64,000 nucleotides of DNA from Patescibacteria group bacterium (GCA_035529375.1 DATKWU010000018.1:47956-111955); one strand, 5' to 3'; shown: positions 1-10,042, counted from the first letter of the stretch. Numbers and translations are program-made. Notes: generated by a model from the sequence alone, not told the origin.

Positions 1-661
1 TGTTCTCAATAAGACCATTAAATATCTCCTCCATATAATGTCTAAATTCTGTGACCTCTTTACCTTCTCTCTTTTTTTCTTTAACAGAATAAGGTACAGT
101 TATCCGATACCCTTTTCCATCCCAAGCAGTGTCGTGTTCAATAAATTGCGATAAAGGATTTTCGGCATCAATTCTATATAAACCTTTTGATTTTAATACC
201 CGCGCAACTTCGGAATAAACTTTTCTTACATCTGGAACATAAGCCATTGATGGAGCTTGAAACACCAGGTCAAAAGAATCACTTTTTAGCATAGATAAAT
301 CACCCATATCTGATTGGATCGTTTTAATTCTGTAACCATAGTGTTCAGCAGCTCTTTTATCACCTTCAAGCTGTCCTTCAGCTATATCTACTACAGTTAC
401 ATTAGCACCTAGTAGACCAAAAACTGCTGATTGCTGGCCACCGCCTGATGCAAGACATAAAATATCTTTACCTTCTACATTTGTAAGGATACTGACTGGA
501 AACATCTGATCAAGAGGCTTAGGAGGATTTTTAAGTTTGCCATCAGCATACTGTCTAACTATATCTGGATCTAAATCCAACCAAGGACGAGTAAAACCAT
601 TATCTTCCGCCACCATTTTCTCCCACCACTCCTTATTTGCTTGAATTTTTGGATCTTGCAT
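1..661 (-). CDS. class I SAM-dependent methyltransferase (3' end runs off window)
   Basis: Not in ORF track; hand translation from ATG at 661 gives MQDPKIQANKEWWE...GKDILCLASGGGQQ...VTVVD...SFDLVFQ...EVARVLK (SAM motif I and later MTase motifs). Confidence 0.85.
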   Translation of the reverse strand, partial: MQDPKIQANKEWWEKMVAEDNGFTRPWLDLDPDIVRQYADGKLKNPPKPLDQMFPVSILTNVEGKDILCLASGGGQQSAVFGLLGANVTVVDIAEGQLEGDKRAAEHYGYRIKTIQSDMGDLSMLKSDSFDLVFQAPSMAYVPDVRKVYSEVARVLKSKGLYRIDAENPLSQFIEHDTAWDGKGYRITVPYSVKEKKREGKEVTEFRHYMEEIFNGLIEN

Positions 662-850
662 ATCAACTAATTTGATTATAGCACTAGAAATTATTTATAA
701 CTTATCGGGGGAACTTTGGTAGCTATAATTCTCCCTAAATAATCCCTTTTGATAATTTCTCTTTCTTTTCTGGCTCTTGGAATAGCTACTTTGAAGTAAA
801 AATCAAATTGTGGGTTGGCGAAAAGTGCATCCCGACCTCTAAAGCCATTT

Positions 851-1501
851 TTAATGAAGAATATAATAACCGCTGGTTCTGGTACTTTGGATAATGTTTT
901 TCAAATCAAGGAATAAAGATTTCACCTGGTCAACAATTCCTAGAGTCCTGACCAATCTTTTTTCCTGAACCTCAAAATAAGAATCAGAGTAAATCCTTAA
1001 ACCCGATCCTGGAGGTGGTGGTGTGGTTCTAAAAGTGCCTCTTAACTCATAAACCTCACCTGGTTGCCAGTCACCACAATCATAACGACAGGCATTACTA
1101 ATTCGCTGACAAAATGATTCTTTGCTTGGCCCCAGTAAGCGAAGATTGCCTGATGACTGAGAGATAACCGTTGTCCCTGAATTACTAACCACCAAATCTC
1201 TTTTATGCTCACAACCACAGCAGGGATCATCAGACGGACATTCTTTTCTTTCACAAACCATATCTCCTTCGGTCACCCTCCCTTGAATCACTATAAATTT
1301 ATCTTGGTATTGAGCCTTATCTCTTGAAATCTCACTAGGAGAAACATAAACTGCGCTCAATTCTTCTTCTTCAACAACTGGTCGAATCCAACTCTGACCT
1401 AACCAGGTAGCGCTCAAAACCACCAAAATCGCTGGAATAATCAAAATAAACAAAATACTAAGACTAACTAAAAATTTCTTATCTTTTAAAAGATTCTTCA
1501 T
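851..1501 (-). CDS. hypothetical membrane-anchored protein with Cys cluster
   Basis: N-terminal hydrophobic helix; CERKECPSDDPCCGC and further Cys; abuts neighbouring gene. Confidence 0.6.
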   Translation of the reverse strand: MKNLLKDKKFLVSLSILFILIIPAILVVLSATWLGQSWIRPVVEEEELSAVYVSPSEISRDKAQYQDKFIVIQGRVTEGDMVCERKECPSDDPCCGCEHKRDLVVSNSGTTVISQSSGNLRLLGPSKESFCQRISNACRYDCGDWQPGEVYELRGTFRTTPPPPGSGLRIYSDSYFEVQEKRLVRTLGIVDQVKSLFLDLKNIIQSTRTSGYYILH

Positions 1502-2176
1502 TTATTTCAAAATTAATTTTATTCTACCAGAATCATAAAAGGCTTCATAGCCAGTCAAAGATTTTACCTGAACTCGATAAAGATTCTTTCCCTGCCAAAA
1601 ACTTAAAGAACCAGATTCCACTAAAGCAAAACTCTCACTAACAGCCGAAACCTCGCTTCCCTGAACGCCAACATTGTGGGTGACATCATAAAGCCTGGCA
1701 AAAGCCTGGCCATTGCCGTGCTGGACCCGGATAAAAGCCTCAAAGTAAGCCTTGTCAAGATTAGGATAATCACTTAAATCCAAATAAATCTCGGCATTAA
1801 CGACATCAGCCCAATCCCGACTGGTGGTTGAGCCGCCACCACCTAAAGGAATATAAATGACGGTTGGTTGAGAAGTTGAGCTGGTTGAAGAAGGAGTCAC
1901 TGGTGTTGGTGTGGTTGTTTCTTTTCCAGAAAGAGTCGCCCCCAATTCCGCCACTTTCTGACCAATTAGTTGTTGACAAATTGGGCCACAAGTATCAACG
2001 ACGGCGGTCACCGAACCATCTAAAGACGAACCTGTCTCCGCCGAAGTTAAAGGCGAAAGAGCTTTCTCTGATTGAGGCTTTTGAAAACGGAGCCAAAGAA
2101 CATCCAAAGCGACTAAATTAATCACGACCAAGCCCAAGAAAACGAGAAAGATGATGGGCAGGGTTCTTTCTTTCAT
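1502..2176 (-). CDS. hypothetical membrane-anchored protein
   Basis: N-terminal TM helix, CGPIC, S/T/P-rich linker, beta-rich C-terminal domain. Confidence 0.65.
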   Translation of the reverse strand: MKERTLPIIFLVFLGLVVINLVALDVLWLRFQKPQSEKALSPLTSAETGSSLDGSVTAVVDTCGPICQQLIGQKVAELGATLSGKETTTPTPVTPSSTSSTSQPTVIYIPLGGGGSTTSRDWADVVNAEIYLDLSDYPNLDKAYFEAFIRVQHGNGQAFARLYDVTHNVGVQGSEVSAVSESFALVESGSLSFWQGKNLYRVQVKSLTGYEAFYDSGRIKLILK

Positions 2177-2183
2177 AAAACTT

Positions 2184-3560
2184 TCATAAAACTGGTTTTA
2201 ACTTTATTCCTTTAGCGGTATCTTCCAGTTGCCAGCCTAGTTTTTTGATTGCTTGCCTTAGCTTATCGGCCTCTTGCCACTTTCCTTTTTTTCTTAACGC
2301 TTCCCTTTTCTTAACCAAAGCCTCCACTTTTTTAGGCGGTTTGGCTAACCGATAATCAGCTAAGCCTAAACCTAAAACTTGATCAAATTTTAACAGAGTC
2401 GCTTTTTTCTCCGCCTCCGGATAGTTTGATTTTAGCAAATCCCAGACAACGGCTAAAGCCCTGGGCATTTCTAAGTCATGATTAATTGCTTCTAAAAATT
2501 TCTTTTCAAATTCAGGAATGGTTTTTTTGCCAACTGGCCAGGCCACTATTTGCTGACGTAATTTATTAAGGGCTTTTTCCGCCCCAGTCAAAGATTTCCA
2601 GGTAAAATTAAAGTTCTTCCGATAATGAACTGTCAAACACAAATAACGAAAAGCTAAGGGGTCATAACCCTTATCAATTAAATCCTGAATTAAATAAACA
2701 TTGCCTTTAGATTTACTCATCTTGACCCCACCAACCAAGTTATGACGAATATGGAGCCAATAGCGAACGAATTTCTTGTCGGTGGCTGCTTCTGATTGGG
2801 CAATTTCATTCTCATGATGAGGAAAAATATTATCTTCACCCCCAGTATGAATATCCAGAGTCGGACCTAAATACTTCATGGACATCGCTGAACACTCCAA
2901 ATGCCAACCAGGATAACCTGTTCCCCAGGGCGAATCCCAATGCATTAAATGTTTTGGGTCTTTAATCCATAAAGCAAAATCAAAAGGATTCTTTTTTCCA
3001 GGGACGGCTTCCAACCTCGCCCCTGATTGAAGTTCATCTAACTTCTTTCCAGAAAGCTGGCCGTAATTTTTAAACTTGGCAATATCATAAACAAAATATT
3101 TATCCCCAGCCCAATAGGCATAACCTTTTTTCTCCAGTTTCTTAACCAACTCAATCATCTCCTTAATGTGATCAGTCGCTTTGGGCGCAACATTAGGTTG
3201 AAGAAGGTTTAATCTCTCCGTATCTTTAAAAAAAGCCTGGGTGTAAAAAACAGCGATTTGTTCAGGCGTTTTCCTCTCTCTTTTAACGGCTACTTCCATC
3301 CTGTCAAGGCCAGTATCCGCGGCTAAATCGTCTTCAGTCAAATGACCAACATCAGTAATATTCATCACCTGTTTGACCTGATAACCGTTATATTCCAAAG
3401 TTCTCCGCAAAAAATCAGAGATAAGATAACGCCACATATTGCCAATATGGGCATACCAATAAACCGTTGGTCCACAGTCATACTGACGGACAAAGTCCGA
3501 CTTCAAGGGTTTAAATTCTTCAATCTTTTTACTTAAAGTGTTGTAAAGCTTAATTTTCAT
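2184..3560 (-). CDS. cysS: cysteine--tRNA ligase
   Basis: LYNTL, CGPTVY, HIGN, PGWHLECSAM, FPHHENE, KMSKS; start placed at MKIKLYNT. Confidence 0.97.
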   Translation of the reverse strand: MKIKLYNTLSKKIEEFKPLKSDFVRQYDCGPTVYWYAHIGNMWRYLISDFLRRTLEYNGYQVKQVMNITDVGHLTEDDLAADTGLDRMEVAVKRERKTPEQIAVFYTQAFFKDTERLNLLQPNVAPKATDHIKEMIELVKKLEKKGYAYWAGDKYFVYDIAKFKNYGQLSGKKLDELQSGARLEAVPGKKNPFDFALWIKDPKHLMHWDSPWGTGYPGWHLECSAMSMKYLGPTLDIHTGGEDNIFPHHENEIAQSEAATDKKFVRYWLHIRHNLVGGVKMSKSKGNVYLIQDLIDKGYDPLAFRYLCLTVHYRKNFNFTWKSLTGAEKALNKLRQQIVAWPVGKKTIPEFEKKFLEAINHDLEMPRALAVVWDLLKSNYPEAEKKATLLKFDQVLGLGLADYRLAKPPKKVEALVKKREALRKKGKWQEADKLRQAIKKLGWQLEDTAKGIKLKPVL

Positions 3561-3561
3561 T

Positions 3562-4017
3562 TTAAATTCCCCCTTTAATCTCACCGGTTCCCTGGCTCTT
3601 TCTCACCCTTAAAGGTAAAAAGGCTGAACCTCGCGCTGTCCGACTCGGTGTTTCCGGTAAAGGTTTTTCTTTTTTGGCTGTCTCTATTAGTTCTTTTTGT
3701 TTTTCCTGTTTTTCAATTTCCTCTTGAGAAATAACAGCCTCTCTAGGTCTACTAGCCAAATCTCTTTTCCTTTGACGCCAGAAAGCTAATTCTTTTTCTT
3801 GCTTTTTCTCAGATTCAGTTTTCTTTTTTCTAATCACTTCTTGAGAAACGGAAGGTTCTAAATTTTCACCCCAGCCTTTTGGTAAAATACCTATTTGTTT
3901 AGCCGCCGTTTCTAAGATTTTACCAGGTTGTTTCAGCCCTTCTTTAAGAATCTCTTCACCTAAATCTCTTGCTTGTTGAGCTGCTTGTCTGGCCAAATCC
4001 CGAGTAAATTTAGGCAT
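3562..4017 (-). CDS. hypothetical charged helical protein
   Basis: 151-aa ORF directly upstream of cysS, K/E rich. Confidence 0.55.
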   Translation of the reverse strand: MPKFTRDLARQAAQQARDLGEEILKEGLKQPGKILETAAKQIGILPKGWGENLEPSVSQEVIRKKKTESEKKQEKELAFWRQRKRDLASRPREAVISQEEIEKQEKQKELIETAKKEKPLPETPSRTARGSAFLPLRVRKSQGTGEIKGGI

Positions 4018-4106
4018 CTTGAATTAATTCTAACATAAATTAGTTTAATCTTGTTAGAACTGCTATAATAAAATCAAGCTGCCTGGTTGGCAGTTTTTTT
4101 AGATAA

Positions 4107-5459
4107 ATGAGAGATATTGATTTTGGACCCCAAGAAATTCCTAACCAAAATAACCAAGGAGAAACTCAACCCTCCAGAGATGTAGACAAGCGTCTTTTAG
4201 TAAGCTCTTATGAGATTTTTAAGAAATTTAAGGAATTACCTCACAGGTTTGCTTGGCCAAGAAGTTTAGAAAGAGGTCTTAAAGGAGAAGTTTATGAGTA
4301 TCTCCAAGATTTTTGTGATGTCATGAACTTAGCTTCCGAAAGTGATCTGGGAGCTTTCCCACGATTTCATCAAGAAAGAGTTCAATTTTTAAATAAACTT
4401 GCAGATCATATAAAAAGGAGGCGAAGATATCGACTTCTTAACGATTTTACTGAAAGAGTATCAGTCTTATCAGATCTTTATCCTGAAATAGCTAGCATTG
4501 TAACCATGGGGAATTTTGACCTCTACCTTCTTCTTTGTGATGAAGATCAGATTTTAGCTGGATCTAAGAATGGTCTTTGGTATAAGGAAATTAATCTCGA
4601 AAACCATTCGCCAGAAGAAAAAGAATCTACTTGGGAATCAATTGTACTTCAAATGAGCGCTTTTTTTCGAGGTTTAGGTAGATCAGCTATTGAGCTTGTT
4701 CCTGACCATTTTATTACCAGAGAAGACCTTAAGGAACTTAATCTACCTCAACCAGCCAAATCAATTGAAGAACTTTTAGAAGAAGCTTACTACCGCCAAA
4801 GATACACGGTTTCGCCTGAAGGGGCTGAAGTCCGCCTTCAAAACGCTGGTGACCTTAAAACAATAGTCGTTAAACAAATAGGTAATATGATTATGGCCAA
4901 AGCCGTTACCACTCTAGGAGAAGCGTTGGTTATTGTTGATCTTGATCGAGCGACAGCTATTTCACCGGAAATCATTGTTAAAAAAGAACCAGTTTTAGCT
5001 AATATCCTGGCTGAAGTTTATCGTGACTTAGTCGTTGCTGTCGAAATCCCCAGTTCTGGCAAAAAAAGAAAAAGAGCTTCAGTAGGAATTCCAACTGAAG
5101 AAAGAACTCCAAGAGAACCAACTTATATTTATATCCCCAGAAAAAGATGGGTAAGAGGCGAAGAAACAGAAATGCCAATTCGGACTCCCTATGAAGGACC
5201 TCGAAGACCAAGGCAGTTTCACGAAGTTACTGGCCATAAGCGTCACGTCAACATGACCGAAGCACACCGTTTGGCCTTAATAGAATATGAAGAAGAAACC
5301 GGTCTGAGAATTTTAGATTTCCTTCCTGAGGGTTGCACTTTCGTTCGTCGCCACTTCAGAGGTGGTACAGAAGCAGACATCAAAAACCTTCCTACTTTTA
5401 TTAAAATAAAAATCCAAACCAAATTAGAAGAAAGTCTAAACCTTCCAGATCTTCAATAA
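4107..5459 (+). CDS. hypothetical protein with C-terminal H-x-V-x-G-H-x-R...F-V-x-x-H-x-R-G motif
   Basis: 450-aa ORF; TATAAT at 4064-4069. Confidence 0.7.
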   Translation: MRDIDFGPQEIPNQNNQGETQPSRDVDKRLLVSSYEIFKKFKELPHRFAWPRSLERGLKGEVYEYLQDFCDVMNLASESDLGAFPRFHQERVQFLNKLADHIKRRRRYRLLNDFTERVSVLSDLYPEIASIVTMGNFDLYLLLCDEDQILAGSKNGLWYKEINLENHSPEEKESTWESIVLQMSAFFRGLGRSAIELVPDHFITREDLKELNLPQPAKSIEELLEEAYYRQRYTVSPEGAEVRLQNAGDLKTIVVKQIGNMIMAKAVTTLGEALVIVDLDRATAISPEIIVKKEPVLANILAEVYRDLVVAVEIPSSGKKRKRASVGIPTEERTPREPTYIYIPRKRWVRGEETEMPIRTPYEGPRRPRQFHEVTGHKRHVNMTEAHRLALIEYEEETGLRILDFLPEGCTFVRRHFRGGTEADIKNLPTFIKIKIQTKLEESLNLPDLQ

Positions 5460-5529
5460 ACGGCTCTTGACAAAGATGAAAACTATCCTTAATCTGAAAA
5501 TAGTTAAAAATTTTCACAAAGGAGAAAAA

Positions 5530-5709
5530 ATGACAGAAGATACTAAAAAAGAAGTAGGTACTGAAGAAAGCTTAAGAGAAAGAACAAAAAGAACAAGTTC
5601 TATGCCCGCTTATTTTAGGGCAGGAGCATTTTCTTCTGTTGACTTAAAGAACGCGCCAGAAAACCTTCCCCCCTTTATGCCTAAGGATTGGGCGAAGGTC
5701 AGCAGCTAA
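5530..5709 (+). CDS. small hypothetical protein
   Basis: AGGAG before ATG 5530 (MTEDTKKEV); TTGACA upstream. Confidence 0.45.
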   Translation: MTEDTKKEVGTEESLRERTKRTSSMPAYFRAGAFSSVDLKNAPENLPPFMPKDWAKVSS

Positions 5710-5712
5710 AGT

Positions 5713-6309
5713 TTAATACTTTCTCCTACCTTCAATCGCTCGAGATAAGGTAACCTCATCAGCGTACTCTAAATCAGCCCCAACCGGTAAACCATGAGCT
5801 AAACGAGTCACCTTAATTTCCAAAGGTTCAATTAATTTGGCAACATACATGGCCGTGGCCTCACCTTCCATATTAGGATTGGTGGCCAGAATCACTTCTT
5901 TTACTCCTCCATCTTTTAAACGAGGCAATAATTCCCGGATATGGAGTTCGTCCGGACCAATATTATTTAAAGGTGAAATAGCGCCATGAAGAACATGATA
6001 AACGCCTTTGTATTCACCAGTCTTTTCCAAAGCCAAAATATCCAAAGGCTGTTCAACTACACAAATAAGGGACTTGTCCCGATTCTGACTAGAACAAATG
6101 GGACAAGGATCAACTTCAGCAATATTCAAACAAATTGAACAAAGAACCGTGTTTTTCTTCAAAGTCTCTAAGGACTCAGCAAAATCATCTAACTGTTTTT
6201 GAGGAACATGAAATAGATAAAAAGTTAACCTCTGGGCTGTCTTTGGCCCAATCCCTGGTAATTTTTCAAAAGACTCAATTAATTTTCGGACTGGCTTGGG
6301 AAGATTCAT
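5713..6309 (-). CDS. recR: recombination mediator RecR
   Basis: LPGIGPKTAQR HhH, C4 zinc finger, EVILATNPNMEGEAT Toprim; start at MNLPKP. Confidence 0.97.
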   Translation of the reverse strand: MNLPKPVRKLIESFEKLPGIGPKTAQRLTFYLFHVPQKQLDDFAESLETLKKNTVLCSICLNIAEVDPCPICSSQNRDKSLICVVEQPLDILALEKTGEYKGVYHVLHGAISPLNNIGPDELHIRELLPRLKDGGVKEVILATNPNMEGEATAMYVAKLIEPLEIKVTRLAHGLPVGADLEYADEVTLSRAIEGRRKY

Positions 6310-6436
6310 CAGAGAAATTATAACAAAATAAACTAAGAAACCAAATAATCCTATAAGATTGACTGTTGAATAAAAATCACTTATAATGCCTTTCAAATTG
6401 GCCTGATACACCATCATAAGGAAATGAAGGGAGAAG

Positions 6437-6718
6437 ATGATGGCAAAAATCTACGTCCAAATCCATGGGCCTAGGCCCCTGGACAGTATCAGCCAGGCAG
6501 TGCATGAGATCATCAAAAAAAGCCAAGGAGAGGCTTCGGTTGAGACTCAAGCATTTGAGCCAACTCTGAAGATCGGAAATACAGACGAGAGAGTCATCGA
6601 GGTAACCATCTTCAGAGATAAAGCTCTGCCAGAGGGTTCTATTATGGAAGCCATAGAGAATATCAGGAAACAAAGGTTTCCACGAACCCAGATCTTCATC
6701 AGCTTCAGACAGAGCTGA
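6437..6718 (+). CDS. hypothetical protein inverted within the dnaX-ybaB-recR cluster
   Basis: GGGAG before ATG; 93 aa; followed by long hairpin. Confidence 0.5.
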   Translation: MMAKIYVQIHGPRPLDSISQAVHEIIKKSQGEASVETQAFEPTLKIGNTDERVIEVTIFRDKALPEGSIMEAIENIRKQRFPRTQIFISFRQS

Positions 6719-6730
6719 TGAAGAAAAAGC

Positions 6731-6792
6731 TAGGCGGTAGCGAACATTGTGATTCCCTCCTCCGGGAAAACCACAACAATCGCTGCCGCCTA
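6731..6792. terminator. long imperfect hairpin between convergent genes
   Basis: taggcggtagcga (6731-6743) pairs with tcgctgccgccta (6780-6792), with inner ttgtg/cacaa and ttccc/gggaa stems. Confidence 0.5.
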
Positions 6793-6863
6793 TTCAAACT
6801 TTTCCCATAAAAAATTCGCCCAAAAAAAGGCGAATAAAATTCAAAAAAATAATAATCTTTTCT

Positions 6864-7148
6864 TTACTTCCCTAACAAACCACCTAGTCCCCCACCCATT
6901 TGCTGTAGTTTTTGGGCGGCCACTTCTTGAGACTTTTTAATCGCTTCGTTTAAAACTTCAATCAAATCGTCTTTTTTTTCTCCCTTAATTTCAACGGTTT
7001 GGATTTTTTGATCACCGGTAATCACCACTTTAATACCCTTATCCTCAACCTCAATCTCTTCAGCCGCCAATTCCCGTTGAATGGCCATCGCCTGATCGCG
7101 CATCTTCTTCAACTCTCTCATTTGTTGAAATGAATCAGTAATTCCCAT
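6864..7148 (-). CDS. ybaB: YbaB/EbfC nucleoid-associated protein
   Basis: Size, MRELKKMRDQAMAIQRELAAEEIEV...VVITGDQKI pattern, position between dnaX and recR. Confidence 0.9.
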   Translation of the reverse strand: MGITDSFQQMRELKKMRDQAMAIQRELAAEEIEVEDKGIKVVITGDQKIQTVEIKGEKKDDLIEVLNEAIKKSQEVAAQKLQQMGGGLGGLLGK

Positions 7149-7180
7149 TGAGAAAAGAATAACGAATTAAGAAAGCTTTG

Positions 7181-8644
7181 TCAATTAGCCCGAGTACCAA
7201 AAATTTCTTCCGCCACCTGGAAAACATCTGGTTCTGATTTTTCTTCTTTAACTATTTCCTCTTTCTGACCCAAAACACAACGCAGTTTAAGTGGTTTGTT
7301 GGCCACTTCACTGACCACCTCTTCGACCACAGACCGACATTTATCTGTTTCCAATCTTTCTTTATGAAATTTATAAAAGACTTCGAGGATTAAAATACTA
7401 CCCTGGACGCTGGATGGTCGACTTGCTTTTAAAAGAGCTTCGACCGAATGATTAAGTGGCCTGACACTATCAAGAACTTCTTGCCAATGATTTTCGATTT
7501 CCTTAAACAATTCACTATCCTGACGACTAGACTGTTTATTAATCACTGGTTGTTCTTCAATTTTCTTTGTTTCCCCAATGATTTCTTTCTGCTCATCTCC
7601 CAACCACTCGACCACCACTAATTCTAAAGGTAATTGAGGAATAGGATTAGTTTTTAAGTCATTAATCGCTTGAGAAAAAAGGCGAATTAGACTAGTTAAT
7701 TCTCTAATATTAAAACCCCTGACTTCCTCAGGCGAACTAATTTCAGTTAAGCCAGCCTGGGATAACAAACCCAAACGAAGTTTGTCCAAAACTTCTCGGC
7801 AATATTGAGACAAATCAGCCCCTAAAGAAACAATCCGATCAATTTCTAAAAGAGAGCTTTTTAAATTTTTTTCAGCCAAAAGTTGTAATAACTTACCCGG
7901 CGCTGTGGCTTCGACTCTACCTAAAAGTTCCTTTGTTTTCTCTAGACTAATTTTCTTTTTTTCCATAGCCAACTGGTCAAGAATCTTTTGGGCATCCCGA
8001 AAACTACCATCAGTTGACTTAGCGATTTCCTCCAAAACCCCTTTTTCTACTTTAAGTTTTTCTCCTTTGATGACCCTCTCTAAGGACCGAAAAATTTCAT
8101 CCTCAACCGCTTTCTTAAAATTTAAACGGAGACAACGAGAAATAATCGTGTCCGGTAATTTCTCTGGCGCGGTCGTACAAAGAATAAAAACCGCGTGTTC
8201 CGGCGGTTCTTCTAAAGTTTTCAACAAGGCATTAAAAGCCTCTTTGGTCAACATATGAACTTCATCAACGATATAGACCTTGTAACGACACTCGCTGGGA
8301 GAAAATTTAATTTTATCCCGCAACTCCCGAACATCATCAATCCCTCGATTCGAAGCAGCATCAATTTCAATTAAGTCAATCGCCCGGCCTTCGGTAATTG
8401 ACTGACAAATTTGACAACGATTACAGGGCTCGTGATCTTTTTTCTTACCAATACAATTAATCGCTTTGGCCATGACCCTGGCCGCTGAAGTCTTCCCAAT
8501 CCCCCTGGGTCCAGAAAAAAGCAAGGCATGAGGAATTTTTTTGGACTTCAAAACTTTGGTTAGAGTTTCGCGGACGTCAGTTAAATCAAGTTCGGAGATT
8601 TTTTGAGGACGATATTTGAGATAATAAACTCTGTTGTCTTTCAT
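7181..8644 (-). CDS. dnaX: DNA polymerase III subunit gamma/tau
   Basis: YLKYRPQ, GPRGIGKT, EIDAASN, DEVHML, LLKTLEEPP, SRC. Confidence 0.97.
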   Translation of the reverse strand: MKDNRVYYLKYRPQKISELDLTDVRETLTKVLKSKKIPHALLFSGPRGIGKTSAARVMAKAINCIGKKKDHEPCNRCQICQSITEGRAIDLIEIDAASNRGIDDVRELRDKIKFSPSECRYKVYIVDEVHMLTKEAFNALLKTLEEPPEHAVFILCTTAPEKLPDTIISRCLRLNFKKAVEDEIFRSLERVIKGEKLKVEKGVLEEIAKSTDGSFRDAQKILDQLAMEKKKISLEKTKELLGRVEATAPGKLLQLLAEKNLKSSLLEIDRIVSLGADLSQYCREVLDKLRLGLLSQAGLTEISSPEEVRGFNIRELTSLIRLFSQAINDLKTNPIPQLPLELVVVEWLGDEQKEIIGETKKIEEQPVINKQSSRQDSELFKEIENHWQEVLDSVRPLNHSVEALLKASRPSSVQGSILILEVFYKFHKERLETDKCRSVVEEVVSEVANKPLKLRCVLGQKEEIVKEEKSEPDVFQVAEEIFGTRAN

Positions 8645-8999
8645 TAGCTTTGATTAGATTCTTTAATCCATGAACCAATAATTCTTCAAGAGAATAACCT
8701 TTTTTTTCGGCTTCTTCTAAACAAATAACAAGATCGCCTAAAATCTTTAATTTTCTAGGGGACTCTGGAAAAGCCTGCCCCTCATTTTTCTCCTGCTGGG
8801 AAAAAGTCAAAACCGTGGTCACCTGATCAATCTCTCGATATTGTCTATTCAATCGCCGCATTATTTGCCCTTTAACAAAGATCAAACTGACTTCAACATT
8901 GTCAATCTTTTCTTTTTCTAAGAATGACTTGATTATCTTTTGGGCCTTATTGTTCTGTGCAGGAGAGCGATTTACTGGCTTTATTAAAACGGAAATCAT
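8586..8999 (-). CDS. ybeY: rRNA maturation factor YbeY, degenerate metal motif
   Basis: LNRQYR..DQVTTVLTF, LGDLVIC, LLVHG; later His ligands absent. Confidence 0.75.
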   Translation of the reverse strand: MISVLIKPVNRSPAQNNKAQKIIKSFLEKEKIDNVEVSLIFVKGQIMRRLNRQYREIDQVTTVLTFSQQEKNEGQAFPESPRKLKILGDLVICLEEAEKKGYSLEELLVHGLKNLIKANERQQSLLSQISSSKNLRT

Positions 9000-9037
9000 T
9001 CAAAGCTGTCAACTATTAATAAACATATCAGAGGGTA

Positions 9038-9478
9038 TCATTGACTTAAAATCTTTTTAACAGCCTCACTCACTGTTTGACCATCAGCCCGACCCTTAAC
9101 TTTAGTCATCACCACTCCCATCACCTTACCAAAATCGCCTGGCCCACTGGCACCAATCTCCTTAATCACCGATTGGACAGTTGTCTCCAGCTCTTCGACA
9201 GATAATTGTTGAGGAAGATATTTATTCAATGTGGCCAATTCTTCTTCTTCTTTACTAACTAAGTCATTCCGCTTTCCTTTTTGATAAGCTTCAATTGATT
9301 CCTTTCTTTGTTTAATTTCTTTTTGAATCAAACCAACAATTTCCTCTTCACTTAATTGGCTCTGTTTAGCAATCTCCTGATTGTGAATCTCGGCCAATAA
9401 CAAACGCAAAGTAGAAACAACGTTTTCCTTTCTCTCTTTTAAGGCCTGATTTAAATCTGATTGAATTTTATCTTTCAT
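9038..9478 (-). CDS. GatB/YqeY domain protein
   Basis: KEIKQRKESIEAY, YLPQQLS, DFGKVMG...GRADG; next to rpsU. Confidence 0.92.
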   Translation of the reverse strand: MKDKIQSDLNQALKERKENVVSTLRLLLAEIHNQEIAKQSQLSEEEIVGLIQKEIKQRKESIEAYQKGKRNDLVSKEEEELATLNKYLPQQLSVEELETTVQSVIKEIGASGPGDFGKVMGVVMTKVKGRADGQTVSEAVKKILSQ

Positions 9479-9663
9479 TAATACCTCTTTACTCGTCTTC
9501 TCCTTAATTCTGCTTTTTGCTTTTTTTTCTTAACTGACGGTTTTTCGTAATATTCTAACTCCTTAATTTCGGTTAATAATTGTTCTACTTGAACCTTTTT
9601 CCGAAATTTAGCGATAAGCTTATCATCAGATTCTCCTGGTTTTTTACGTACCACGGTTGCCAC
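9478..9663 (-). CDS. rpsU: 30S ribosomal protein S21
   Basis: VVRKKPGES...KFRKKV...YYEKPS; GTG start with AGGAGGTG upstream. Confidence 0.9.
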   Translation of the reverse strand: MATVVRKKPGESDDKLIAKFRKKVQVEQLLTEIKELEYYEKPSVKKKKQKAELRRRRVKRY

Positions 9664-9664
9664 T

Positions 9665-10042
9665 TCATATAGCACCTCCTTCCCCAAGTCTCTTTCTAAC
9701 TAACTCTATAAACTCCGGCAAATCTTTCCAACCACCCACCAAATGAAGATGCAAGTGAAAGACTGCTTGTCCTCCTATCTTACCACAATTAAAAAAAACA
9801 CGATAACCTTTTAACTTCTTTTGCTTAGCAATTTTACTAGCGGTCAAAAGAATTTTACCTAAAACAACTTGATCATCACTCTTAACTGTCTGAATCCCTT
9901 CAATATGTTTTTTGGGAACAATCAAAATATGGCAAGGAGTTAAGGGATTGATGTCATGAAAAGCAACAACATCTTTATCTTCATAAATTAAATCATTTGG
10001 CATTTCTTTTCTAATAATTTTGCAAAAAAGACAATCTTTCAT
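9665..10042 (-). CDS. histidine triad (HIT) nucleotide-binding protein
   Basis: DCLFCKI, AFHDINP, HLHLHLVGG. Confidence 0.95.
   Translation of the reverse strand: MKDCLFCKIIRKEMPNDLIYEDKDVVAFHDINPLTPCHILIVPKKHIEGIQTVKSDDQVVLGKILLTASKIAKQKKLKGYRVFFNCGKIGGQAVFHLHLHLVGGWKDLPEFIELVRKRLGEGGAI

Noticed and set aside
6731-6792. Hairpins here and at 25289-25329 as integron attC sites
   Set aside because: No RYYYAAC...GTTRRRY boundaries recognised and no integrase seen
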